Source: an uncultured virus (IMG/VR IMGVR_UViG_3300028805_000097) (Duplodnaviria > Heunggongvirae > Uroviricota > Caudoviricetes). Taken from it: a DNA stretch of 64,000 nt. The stretch spans positions 1 through 64,000 of IMG/VR virus record IMGVR_UViG_3300028805_000097, one strand, 5' to 3'. Positions within the stretch are counted from its first letter, which is position 1; every line of letters begins with the position of its first letter. The notes beneath the pieces are model-generated. The model saw nothing but the letters and a program-made list of their open reading frames with translations, had not been told where the DNA came from and did no database searches. A program made the position numbers and the translations under genes. Shown piece after piece: positions 50,342 through 59,026 of the stretch.

Positions 50342-50637
50342 AAGATTGTAACGAACTCCCAAAGATTGTAAAGGTCACTACCACTACATACACAGTCGAA
50401 GACGTAGCACCAGAGAATGGTGTTAGATTCAACTACGGAGACTTTCATCACATGGCAGTTAAGCATTGCCTCTCTTGGCATTTGAAACAGACCAAGTGTT
50501 TCAACTGTGAGAAACCCTTCAAGGACGAAGACTATATGTATCTGATTATCACTGACAAGGGTAATCAATTCCTCTGCCAGGAGTGCGCACAGAAATTCAG
50601 AATCCAATTAGGTAAACCAGATTACGTAAAAAAATGA
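50338..50637 (+). CDS. Zn-finger-like protein
   Basis: CFNC...CQEC. Confidence 0.6.
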   Translation: MKDCNELPKIVKVTTTTYTVEDVAPENGVRFNYGDFHHMAVKHCLSWHLKQTKCFNCEKPFKDEDYMYLIITDKGNQFLCQECAQKFRIQLGKPDYVKK

Positions 50638-50718
50638 CAGAAGCTGATATTTTAAGACAATTTGTTGATGGTTATTAACAAACTACACAACTTATAGTTT
50701 AAAATTGTATTTCCAAAA

Positions 50719-51747
50719 ATGAATAATATTGTACCATACTTCAATAACGTATATGACTGGGTGAATAGTCTGCCATATGAGCAGCCACTCCATATGTACA
50801 AGGGTAAAGACTGTGGCGGTTATGTATATCACAGCCCATTCAAGTCAAGATGGGGAGCGAAGCCAGAATACGTCTACAGTAGGCTGTTCAAGCAGGAACA
50901 CTACTATAACCTCACAGACGAGGAACTGACAGAACTTAGAACCACCATACAGTACATGCCAGTTTACCTTGATACCGCATTCAATAACGTTATCAAATTC
51001 CTTGAGTCATGCGGTTTCACACTCTACAAGAAGGAAGGCAAGCCAGGAAACCTTATTCATGCTTACTTGAAACGTAATAACGTGTCCTTGTATGTGTCCA
51101 ACCAGACAACACCACAGGATTACAGACCCAATAAGCTTGAAGTTAGTGTTGGCGAACTCGTTAAAAAACCAAACTGGAAGAGACAAAGACGTGTGGAACG
51201 TGGAAGTGTGTTTTCTGATGAATATGGTATCGATATGCCAGATGAGTTGGGGGAACTAACTAGACAGGAGCTTGAAAAGTACATCAAGAAATATGTTGTT
51301 GAACTAAGCGGAGAACCTCCAGTGTTTAAAGAAAGGAGCAAGCTTACCTTCGGAGACCTGTATAAGTTCGCTATAAAGGGTGAGACGTTCAAGAAACTTA
51401 CAGTACCAGTATATCTAGTTAACACCAAGTCTGGTACATTAAAGGCTATAACTAATGCTGAATATGTATCCAAGGAAAGCCTTGGATATGACCTTGAGAA
51501 ATGTATCTGTGCTGTCTTCTGTGGATATTCCTTCTCGTTTTATGTGACAAAACAGGAAGCAAAGGCTACGAAGGTTAGACAATTACTCTTCCCTGGTGTG
51601 GCACTTAGAAGCGATAATGAACATAAGTCCTACAGCGACTTCGTACTGTGCCTAGAAAAAGATGAGGCAAAGAAACTGGCAATAGCTGCCATCAAGAATA
51701 AAATAAAGGCTGAACAGGTTAAGATAAATGAACTAAAAAAGCTATAA
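50719..51747 (+). CDS. Hypothetical protein
   Basis: 342-aa ORF. Confidence 0.65.
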   Translation: MNNIVPYFNNVYDWVNSLPYEQPLHMYKGKDCGGYVYHSPFKSRWGAKPEYVYSRLFKQEHYYNLTDEELTELRTTIQYMPVYLDTAFNNVIKFLESCGFTLYKKEGKPGNLIHAYLKRNNVSLYVSNQTTPQDYRPNKLEVSVGELVKKPNWKRQRRVERGSVFSDEYGIDMPDELGELTRQELEKYIKKYVVELSGEPPVFKERSKLTFGDLYKFAIKGETFKKLTVPVYLVNTKSGTLKAITNAEYVSKESLGYDLEKCICAVFCGYSFSFYVTKQEAKATKVRQLLFPGVALRSDNEHKSYSDFVLCLEKDEAKKLAIAAIKNKIKAEQVKINELKKL

Positions 51748-51749
51748 CA

Positions 51750-52100
51750 ATGAAAAAGATTTTTAGAAATCCATTCCTCCTGCCACTGTTGGTAATAGTA
51801 TTCGCATTTACACTCTTTACAGCAGCATCATGCGAAGACGCAAACAAGGAAACCCTAAGCCCATATAAGGCAAAGGAAAAGGTACAGTTCAATGATTCCA
51901 CTTTCTTCACAGAGATTGGAGTCATCGACAAGTGGTCAACAGCAACCACCAAGGTCTACATCATCAAGTATGACGGATGCGAGTACATTATGACAACATC
52001 ATACACTGGTGACTCTCGTGGAGGCGTGACAACAACTGTCACTCATACAGCATCATGCCAAAATCCAGTACATCTAAGCCAAACAAATAATAACGAATAA
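51750..52100 (+). CDS. Putative lipoprotein
   Basis: Signal peptide ending TAASC; C-terminal HTASCQNP. Confidence 0.6.
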   Translation: MKKIFRNPFLLPLLVIVFAFTLFTAASCEDANKETLSPYKAKEKVQFNDSTFFTEIGVIDKWSTATTKVYIIKYDGCEYIMTTSYTGDSRGGVTTTVTHTASCQNPVHLSQTNNNE

Positions 52101-52104
52101 GACA

Positions 52105-53427
52105 ATGAAAAAAGAAGAACTTATCAACAAAATCGGTGACGTGGTAATGAAAAACTCCAAGAAGGGTAAACTCACCACCACCAAATTCGTAGGCACATAC
52201 AACTATAAAAGTGGCTACGATACCTATTTCGCAGTGTCACTTGACATCAACATGGTGCTCATTGTCTACTCCTATTACCAGAATGATAGAGGAGAACATA
52301 TCGACACATGCACGTATAAACTGGTTGACCTCAAGGAAAATGAACTGAAAGAGGTCTACGACAACCTTAACACTGATGACAAGGATATTCTCCAATACGT
52401 CGGTTGGACTGAGACTGAGGACAAGAACCTGGAAATCATCAAACACCTTGGTATCTATAACCCCAAACCCAAGAAAGTCAAGAAGCTCTCAGTGGATGAT
52501 ATTCCAGAACTGGAGAACCCAGATGATGCATACGTCGTTGATAGAAATAACAATATCTCCATTCTCAAGTTCGCTGGTAAGTCACCTTCTGGCAAGAAGA
52601 TATTCGTCGTTGATAAAAATAATAATGGCGTGTATGAACAACCACTCTACGACAATGAGACGTATACATTCTGCGCAACAGGAAAGTTCCAGAAGAACAA
52701 GGGCATCTTCATGATTTCTGGTGGAAGAGAAACATCAGACGATAAGTATGTCTTCGCACCAGATAAGAAGACACTGATTAAACTCATCAACGAAGCAAAC
52801 GAAATCAAGGAATACTACCTTGTAAACGACAAAGACCTCTCCACATCAAAGACCGAAAGGGAAGGTGACTACAGAACCCCAGGAGACTGGACAGGATTCA
52901 CAACCAAGGAAGAGGCTGTTGAGCACTTCAACAAAGTTAAGACTAAGAAAATCAAGTCACTCACCAACCTCAAGGAAAGACTTGAGAACAGGATAGCAGA
53001 AGCCAAGGACTCAACAAACGGAGTGGAACTCCTTGAGTTCAATGATGTCCACATCAAATATGAGAATGCAAAGCCTGGACAGATGTACTACATCTACTGG
53101 AGCGATAAGTACTACGGACCACATAAGCTGACGAAACTGGAAAACGGTGTCGCATACTTCGATAACGGATATGCACTCGGCAAGTGGGAACGAGTCATCA
53201 CACCAGAGAACCTGGAGAAGTACGAGGCTTCAGAGAAGTTCAATAAAATCAAGGAACATATTGATGAATGCCTTGGAGAACTCAATTGGGTGGAGAAAGC
53301 ACTCAAGACAGCCAACTCAATCGTTCCATTCATTAAGTCAGACGATTATATCCCAGAGTGGATTGAACAGGATGCAAAGAAAATACTCAAGAAATCAATC
53401 CCAGTATTGAGTAAGGTAACAGCTTAA
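52105..53427 (+). CDS. Hypothetical protein
   Basis: 440-aa ORF followed by terminator at about 53435-53470. Confidence 0.7.
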   Translation: MKKEELINKIGDVVMKNSKKGKLTTTKFVGTYNYKSGYDTYFAVSLDINMVLIVYSYYQNDRGEHIDTCTYKLVDLKENELKEVYDNLNTDDKDILQYVGWTETEDKNLEIIKHLGIYNPKPKKVKKLSVDDIPELENPDDAYVVDRNNNISILKFAGKSPSGKKIFVVDKNNNGVYEQPLYDNETYTFCATGKFQKNKGIFMISGGRETSDDKYVFAPDKKTLIKLINEANEIKEYYLVNDKDLSTSKTEREGDYRTPGDWTGFTTKEEAVEHFNKVKTKKIKSLTNLKERLENRIAEAKDSTNGVELLEFNDVHIKYENAKPGQMYYIYWSDKYYGPHKLTKLENGVAYFDNGYALGKWERVITPENLEKYEASEKFNKIKEHIDECLGELNWVEKALKTANSIVPFIKSDDYIPEWIEQDAKKILKKSIPVLSKVTA

Positions 53428-53491
53428 TACAATAAAAGGAGACCCAATAACGAGTCTCCTTTCTTTTTTTTTCTTTCCTCTCATTCGGGGG

Positions 53492-54370
53492 TTAATTACC
53501 ATTAATTACATGATTTATCATCTTAGGAATAATGGCATTCATCTTGTTCTCATACCTCCTTATAAACTGCTTCAACCACTTTCTAAAACTGTTCCAGTTC
53601 TTAAACCTGTAATCAGAACACTGCCTAACTGCATATAAGGCACGCATCTGGTCAGCCTCATCAGTTAAATTAACAAGAAACAAAGCACAAGCAACAGACC
53701 TCTCATAACGAGAATACTCACCAGTGCTACGCAAGAACCTAATGGCATCATCGTAAGACCTTATACTACCAGCAGGCAAATCCTTTAACTTGGTGAACAT
53801 GGCAGCATTCCTGGCATTCCTCTCAAAACCAACACCATGATATATAACCCTGTTTACAGCCTTCTCAATAGAACTGTATGACTTGTTATCATCCCTCAAC
53901 ACACCATTCTTAATAACATTGTCAAAAGCCTTCATGTGACCAATCCTAGTCATTTCATCACCAAGACCATTCTCACTACTACCCCTCCTGCCAATGTCCT
54001 CAATCATATGAGTCAACTCATGAACCAACGTAGCATGAAAAGTATAACCTTCTTCATTTTCACCATTTAATACTCTATCTGGATTGATGAAAATAACACA
54101 TGGCTTATTAAGATAAATCGGAGGTATGGCATAAGAAGCACGAAGATTCATGGTGGTTGGACGCACCTCTAAGTAGCCAAAAGGAAGACCATTGAATGGA
54201 ATGGTAAACGAATCATAATCCCCATTACCCCACATTTGATTTACCTTACCAATTATAAAGTCAACAACATCATCAATATTATTGGGCAGACCATAATATT
54301 CCATGATTAACCTGCATTGACCCTCAGTAATGTATACTTTCCTATTATTTTCTCTAACATTTAGAATCAT
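53492..54370 (-). CDS. Zincin-like metallopeptidase, late gene
   Basis: TLVHELTHMIE plus downstream ERNAR; TATTTATA box at 54390-54397. Confidence 0.65.
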   Translation of the reverse strand: MILNVRENNRKVYITEGQCRLIMEYYGLPNNIDDVVDFIIGKVNQMWGNGDYDSFTIPFNGLPFGYLEVRPTTMNLRASYAIPPIYLNKPCVIFINPDRVLNGENEEGYTFHATLVHELTHMIEDIGRRGSSENGLGDEMTRIGHMKAFDNVIKNGVLRDDNKSYSSIEKAVNRVIYHGVGFERNARNAAMFTKLKDLPAGSIRSYDDAIRFLRSTGEYSRYERSVACALFLVNLTDEADQMRALYAVRQCSDYRFKNWNSFRKWLKQFIRRYENKMNAIIPKMINHVINGN

Positions 54371-54555
54371 ACCATTAATATATTATGTATATAAATAACA
54401 ACCCACTTAATAAAATAACCAAATTTTTTTTCCAGAATTTTTTTTCTGGGACTCCAATGAGAAAAAAAGAAATGGCCACCCATTCCTGGATTACACAAAA
54501 ATTTTTCCGAAATTTTATTTAGCAAACTGTCCCAGCCATATATGTGTCAAAATGT

Positions 54556-54599
54556 GGGGGCAGGGGGCGGGGGGACATAGGTGGGGGGTATCCCCTGCC
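54556..54599 (+). other. Four-G-tract element (potential G-quadruplex or competing hairpin) at the strand-skew switch
   Basis: G5-CA-G5-C-G6-ACATAGGT-G6; GGCAGGGG/CCCCTGCC inverted pair. Confidence 0.6.
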
Positions 54600-54611
54600 A
54601 CACCCTGCCGA

Positions 54612-54658
54612 TGTAAAGATTTTTTATCCCCTATATAGTATATATATTTCGTTGTAAA
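54612..54658 (+). repeat. Site A: TGTAAA-N11-CCCTATATAGTATAT-N9-TGTAAA
   Basis: Inverted counterpart at 58980-59026. Confidence 0.75.
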
Positions 54659-54876
54659 GAATTTTCGCATAACCTATTGTATATCAATTTAATACAAGCT
54701 AAAATTAGGCTTGTCAGAGCGTTTGTTTAGGGTGTACCCTTATAGTTATACCTTCGAAGGGTGAAATGCGCCTGACGGGCAAGGAAATGCCCTTAAATTT
54801 GATTTTTCGTGTATGGTTGTGGTTGGTTGTGCATACGTGCGTGTGTGTATTGCCAGGATTCCTGGCGAATAGGCAC

Positions 54877-54912
54877 AAAAAAACCTATCCGTTTCGGGAT
54901 AGGTCTTTCGTG
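54877..54912 (-). terminator. Repeated terminator, copy 1 of 3
   Basis: ACCTATCC..GGATAGGTCTTTCGTG; related copies at 56207 and 57274. Confidence 0.75.
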
Positions 54913-54933
54913 TAACTTGCAGCGTGCTATTGT

Positions 54934-55521
54934 TTAGTAGGCTGCGGCTACGGCTACTGCATAGGCAGGTTCGGGTTCGTAGTCGAAATCGGTGATAGCA
55001 ATTTCGTAGGTGGTGTGGTTGGCAGTGAGACGTGTCACGTTGCGAACACTGACGGTGCGATACTCTACGGGTGCGTAGGTCTTAGATGCCTTAGACGTGT
55101 AACGTTTCTCGGTCTGTTCGTCCTCCTCGGTGTAGGGCAGTCCGTTGTTGAACTTACCATCAGCGTAGTTAGTGCCGTTCATGTAGATGATGCAGGGGTT
55201 GTTAGTGGACTTGTAGCGCATCAGCAGATTAGGGATAAGGGTCTCAATGTTATCGTTGCCGCCTTTGGTGTAATCTTCGCCCAAAGCCTTAGACATGGCA
55301 CGTTCGTAGTCGATGCCGAATTGATAGTTAACATGATAGCGGTTGGTGGGATGAAAATCCAGAGTATCAATGTGAATTTTCTCGCTGCCGTCGGTAGGGT
55401 ACTTGTTAAGCTTAATGCCTACCTCCGCATACAGGGTTACAAACTGACCGCCCAACTTAGCGGCTTTCAAAATCTCTACCATCTCTTTGAGTGTGGTTAC
55501 TCTTACAACTTGGTTTGCCAT
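54934..55521 (-). CDS. Hypothetical early protein
   Basis: Own promoter (55582-55591) and terminator; strong codon bias. Confidence 0.75.
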   Translation of the reverse strand: MANQVVRVTTLKEMVEILKAAKLGGQFVTLYAEVGIKLNKYPTDGSEKIHIDTLDFHPTNRYHVNYQFGIDYERAMSKALGEDYTKGGNDNIETLIPNLLMRYKSTNNPCIIYMNGTNYADGKFNNGLPYTEEDEQTEKRYTSKASKTYAPVEYRTVSVRNVTRLTANHTTYEIAITDFDYEPEPAYAVAVAAAY

Positions 55522-55740
55522 AGAGCTAAAAAATTTTGTTTATTAATAGTGTTAATTGTGGTGTGAAATTCAATTTCACGCTGCAAAGTTACGACATTTC
55601 CAAATAATAACCAAAGAATTTAACGTTTTTTATGAAAAAAGTTTTCTTACACCCTGCAATTGGGTTTGCAGGTACAAAGATACGGAAACTGATGCAGGTG
55701 GATGCAGGTTTTTATACGTATAATTCAAAAGTAATAAATC

Positions 55741-55798
55741 TTTACAAACTAATGCCCTATATAGTATATCAGCTTAGTGATGGTAAAAAGATTTTACA
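55741..55798 (+). repeat. Site B: TTTACA-N8-CCCTATATAGTATAT-N23-TTTACA
   Basis: Inverted counterpart at 57098-57155. Confidence 0.75.
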
Positions 55799-56206
55799 TG
55801 GCTATATTTTCTTGCAGGGTCTTAATAACATATTAAGGGGTGCTGGGTTGTAGGTTGCAGGCTGGGAATGCTGGCAGGCTGGCTTATTTGCTGGGTTGTA
55901 GGTGTAATATAGTGTTATGGCTACGTTATGTATGCTTCGCATATATAACATAGACATAACGTATATTAAGGTGCTTGGTTGTGGGGTGCTGGGCATGACT
56001 ACCAGCATATATGTACAATTATTGCCTGCGTGTGGGAGCCTGCATAAATCGTCCCTGCTGGCTTGTTTTGGGTGTGGGTGGGTAACATATCCACAAAGGT
56101 GGTGTTATGCGCTTAGGAGCGATTTTAGGGGCATTTGTGAGCATCATGTGTATATGGTTCAAGATGTGCTGGCAGGATAGCTTGCTTGTACTTGTTTCAG
56201 TACAAT

Positions 56207-56246
56207 AAAAAAACCTACCTTGTTAGGGTAGGTCTTTCGTGCTGGG
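56207..56246 (-). terminator. Repeated terminator, copy 2 of 3
   Basis: ACCTACCT..AGGGTAGGTCTTTCGTGCTGGG. Confidence 0.75.
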
Positions 56247-56256
56247 TATTGCTGGC

Positions 56257-56979
56257 TTAGATATATTTAACCAGCAAAGCCATAACCTTTGGGCTTTCCT
56301 TTAGCTTGTTGATAGCTTTTTCCGAGATTTGGCGTACACGTTCCTCAGTAAGTCCGAGACGTTCCGCAATAATGAACTTAGATACTGGCATGGTCTCAAT
56401 GCCGAATAGGTTGCGCACGATGATTATTTCCCTTTGATTGAGTATTGCACGCATGGCACGCAGGATGTCAGTCAATAGGCTTGCATCTGACTCCTTATCG
56501 AAATGCTGACAATAAACGTCTGCAAGGGTTGTGTCTGAATCGTCGTAGGCTGGAGCATCAAGTGATGTGTGGGTGTTGGCAGATGTAGGGTGATAGTCAG
56601 CGACGATGCGTGATGTGTGAGTGATAGCCAACATGATATACTTGCGGATGCTGAATACCGCATGACTAATGAACTTAAAACCCTTAGTGGTGTCGAAGGT
56701 GTCAACGGCTGCAATCAGTCCGAGATTGCCCTCATTAACAAGGTCTAAGATAGTGAGTGAGCCACGACAATAATTGTACTGCTTGGCGATTGATACAACA
56801 AAGCGAAGGTTGCAATTAACCAGCATATCCTTAGCCTGCTTGTTTCCATCCTGCGCTGCAAGTGCAAGGTCAATTTCCTGCTCAATAGTCAGAATAGGAA
56901 AGTTAGCGATTGTTGCAAGGTAGGCGGCTAATTCGGGGGTGCGCTCTACCGACGTTTTTTCAATTCTAATTTGTCTCAT
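56257..56979 (-). CDS. Sigma70-family RNA polymerase sigma factor (compact, RpoD/RpoH-like)
   Basis: NLRFVVSIAKQY, DLVNEGNLGLI.AV..FD..KGFKFISHA, SLDAP, GLTEERVRQI. Confidence 0.92.
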   Translation of the reverse strand: MRQIRIEKTSVERTPELAAYLATIANFPILTIEQEIDLALAAQDGNKQAKDMLVNCNLRFVVSIAKQYNYCRGSLTILDLVNEGNLGLIAAVDTFDTTKGFKFISHAVFSIRKYIMLAITHTSRIVADYHPTSANTHTSLDAPAYDDSDTTLADVYCQHFDKESDASLLTDILRAMRAILNQREIIIVRNLFGIETMPVSKFIIAERLGLTEERVRQISEKAINKLKESPKVMALLVKYI

Positions 56980-57097
56980 AATAATGTTGTATTAAAAGTT
57001 ACTACCTTTGCGGAGTGCATCGGTTTTCGCTGGCAAAGGTAATAATAATATTTCATACTACCAAAGATTTTAACGTTTTTTATGAAAAAAGTGTGTT

Positions 57098-57155
57098 TGT
57101 AAAAAAATCGGAAAGCTACGGCTGGGATATACTATATAGGCAGATAGATTGTAAA
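57098..57155 (-). repeat. Site C (inverted copy of the site B architecture)
   Basis: TGTAAA-N23-ATATACTATATAGGc-N8-TGTAAA. Confidence 0.75.
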
Positions 57156-57273
57156 TAAAAAATCATGTGCAGGTTAAAAGTGGCTTGTGCTGGCTTGTTT
57201 TAGTGCTGGGGGTATAGTTATAGGGTATGCTGGGTAAAACGTCCTTAGAAGGGCAGGAAATAGGCTTAAACGT

Positions 57274-57313
57274 AAAAAGACCCACCTTATTAGGGTAGGT
57301 CTTTCGTGCTGGG
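57274..57313 (-). terminator. Repeated terminator, copy 3 of 3
   Basis: AAAGACCCACCT..AGGGTAGGTCTTTCGTGCTGGG. Confidence 0.75.
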
Positions 57314-57323
57314 ATGCTGGGTG

Positions 57324-58832
57324 TTACTTGTTGTCGAATTTAAGTTTGAATAGGTCTTTTTGTTCAACGTCAACAAAAACCAGTTCTTTCTTGGCTCTTG
57401 TATAGGCTACATATTGCAGGTTGCGCTCTTGTTGGTATTGCCAATCAAGCTGATTTTTCCATGTCAACGGCAACTTGTTAGGCAGCAGGATAACGACACG
57501 ATTACTTTCCAAACCCTTAGACTTGTGGGCGGTTGAAAGCGTAACGGCATTCACGATATTTTCGTCACTGAAAATCTTATTAATATAGTCTTTAACACTT
57601 TCCAACTTGGAAACATTTTCACCGATGGCGAAGATACAATTAACTCTATCCATATAGGCTATATAGCGACCTGTTTCCTCCGCTTCTTCGGCAGTGCAAT
57701 TTTCCTTCTTGCAGATGTCCTTAACCAGCTTTTGTTTCTCAATCTCTACGTAACTTTCGAAACCCTTCATAGTCTTAGCCTCCGACTTGTCGATAAGGTT
57801 AATCAAACCTTCTGCAATATCACGACCTTTAACGATAGCGGTTACACCAGCTTGTATCAGTTTGAAACACATAGAGACCAACGGAGCAGTGGTGCGGCAA
57901 AGCACCATATCATTAGGCTGGAATAGTCCTAAAGTGATTTCAGTCACACGATTAACGTCACCTTCGATAGCACCATTATGTGCTTGTATTGCAGGAACGA
58001 TTTGCTGGGCAAGTTCAATCATAGCACGACCACAACGATAGTTAACGCTAAGTGGCAATTCTTTGGTATTAGGCAGGGTTGCAATCTTATCGAAACTATT
58101 GCAGTCAGCACCAGCAAAGCCGTTAATAGCTTGGTTGCGGTCGCCAACGGCAACAAAACGTCCTCTTCTTGCAGCATATAGCATCAGTTCACGCTGGGCG
58201 CAGTTAAGGTCTTGGCATTCGTCAATAAACACGAACTTGTAGGAAGGGATATAACACTTATAGGTCAAGGGTAAAACCAGCATATCGGTAAAATCAATTT
58301 CGGGTGCTGGCACATTATCCAGCTGATAGCAATCTTTCAGCAGGGCATTAACGATGGTCATTTCGTTACCCATAGTTACTATCTGATGTTCGTCGCATAT
58401 AGCATTAATTGAACTCATGTCACCAGACTGAACCAAATTAACCCTGCAAAGGTTAAATAGCTTGTTAGTGTTATTCACGATGGCGACAAAGTTCTTGTCA
58501 TTCCTATCAACCTTTTCACGTATAAAATTAATATATTTACGATTATTAATCTTAACCTTAGAGTTAACCTTGCGGAGCACTGCAAAGCCAAAAGAATGCA
58601 GGGTGGAAACGTCGGCATAGTTACCGATTTTCATTTCAAGTTCTTGTACGATAGCTTTATTAAAAGCCAAAAACTTTACGTCAAACTTGTTAAGACGTAA
58701 CAACTTGCAGCATTCCACAATCGTAGTGGTCTTACCGCTACCAGCAACCGCATTAATAGCTAAATTGCCTTGTCCGTTTGCTACTTCATTGAAGATAGCC
58801 ATCTGAAACTTTGAAAAATTCATTTTGCTCAT
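57324..58832 (-). CDS. SF1 UvrD/Rep-like helicase (second paralogue)
   Basis: AVAGSGKTTT, IDECQD, VGDRNQAI, NYRC, STAHKSKGLE, YVAYTRAK. Confidence 0.92.
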   Translation of the reverse strand: MSKMNFSKFQMAIFNEVANGQGNLAINAVAGSGKTTTIVECCKLLRLNKFDVKFLAFNKAIVQELEMKIGNYADVSTLHSFGFAVLRKVNSKVKINNRKYINFIREKVDRNDKNFVAIVNNTNKLFNLCRVNLVQSGDMSSINAICDEHQIVTMGNEMTIVNALLKDCYQLDNVPAPEIDFTDMLVLPLTYKCYIPSYKFVFIDECQDLNCAQRELMLYAARRGRFVAVGDRNQAINGFAGADCNSFDKIATLPNTKELPLSVNYRCGRAMIELAQQIVPAIQAHNGAIEGDVNRVTEITLGLFQPNDMVLCRTTAPLVSMCFKLIQAGVTAIVKGRDIAEGLINLIDKSEAKTMKGFESYVEIEKQKLVKDICKKENCTAEEAEETGRYIAYMDRVNCIFAIGENVSKLESVKDYINKIFSDENIVNAVTLSTAHKSKGLESNRVVILLPNKLPLTWKNQLDWQYQQERNLQYVAYTRAKKELVFVDVEQKDLFKLKFDNK

Positions 58833-58979
58833 AATAAATTAAATTAATATTAAACGATTTCGGCTGCAAAGTTAGGCATTTTTTGGCAACCAGCCAAAGA
58901 ATTTATGAAAAATTAAGATTTGTTTCAAATCGTTTACATTTGGCTTGCTGGATGGATGCTGGCTGGGTTTTCCGATTTC

Positions 58980-59026
58980 TTTACAACTGCCAGCATATAC
59001 TATATAGGGCATGAAAAGTTTTTACA
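58980..59026 (-). repeat. Site D (inverted copy of the site A architecture)
   Basis: TTTACA-N9-ATATACTATATAGGG-N11-TTTACA. Confidence 0.75.

Larger units (their letters stand above)
167..54397. promoter_or_regulatory. Dispersed putative late-promoter box TATTTATA (sense strand)
   Basis: Starts at 167, 286(+), 1258, 3609, 4990, 7126/7132, 9114, 10868, 13190, 17583, 19682, 27204(+), 28496, 41788, 54390; in each listed case on the coding strand of the downstream gene. Confidence 0.75.

Noticed and set aside
50634..50678. 14-codon ORF MTEADILRQFVDGY coupled to the upstream gene
   Set aside because: Too short to support; may be a gene remnant
55632..56180. Short ORFs in the G/T-rich spacer (and similar ones at 58920-59387)
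   Set aside because: Low-complexity translations of GCTGG-rich noncoding DNA with no initiation context
54612..59026. Calling the repeated sites dif/Xer, integron attC or protelomerase targets
   Set aside because: No match to XerC/XerD arms or GTTRRRY cores, no long perfect palindrome, and no recombinase in the window; left unassigned
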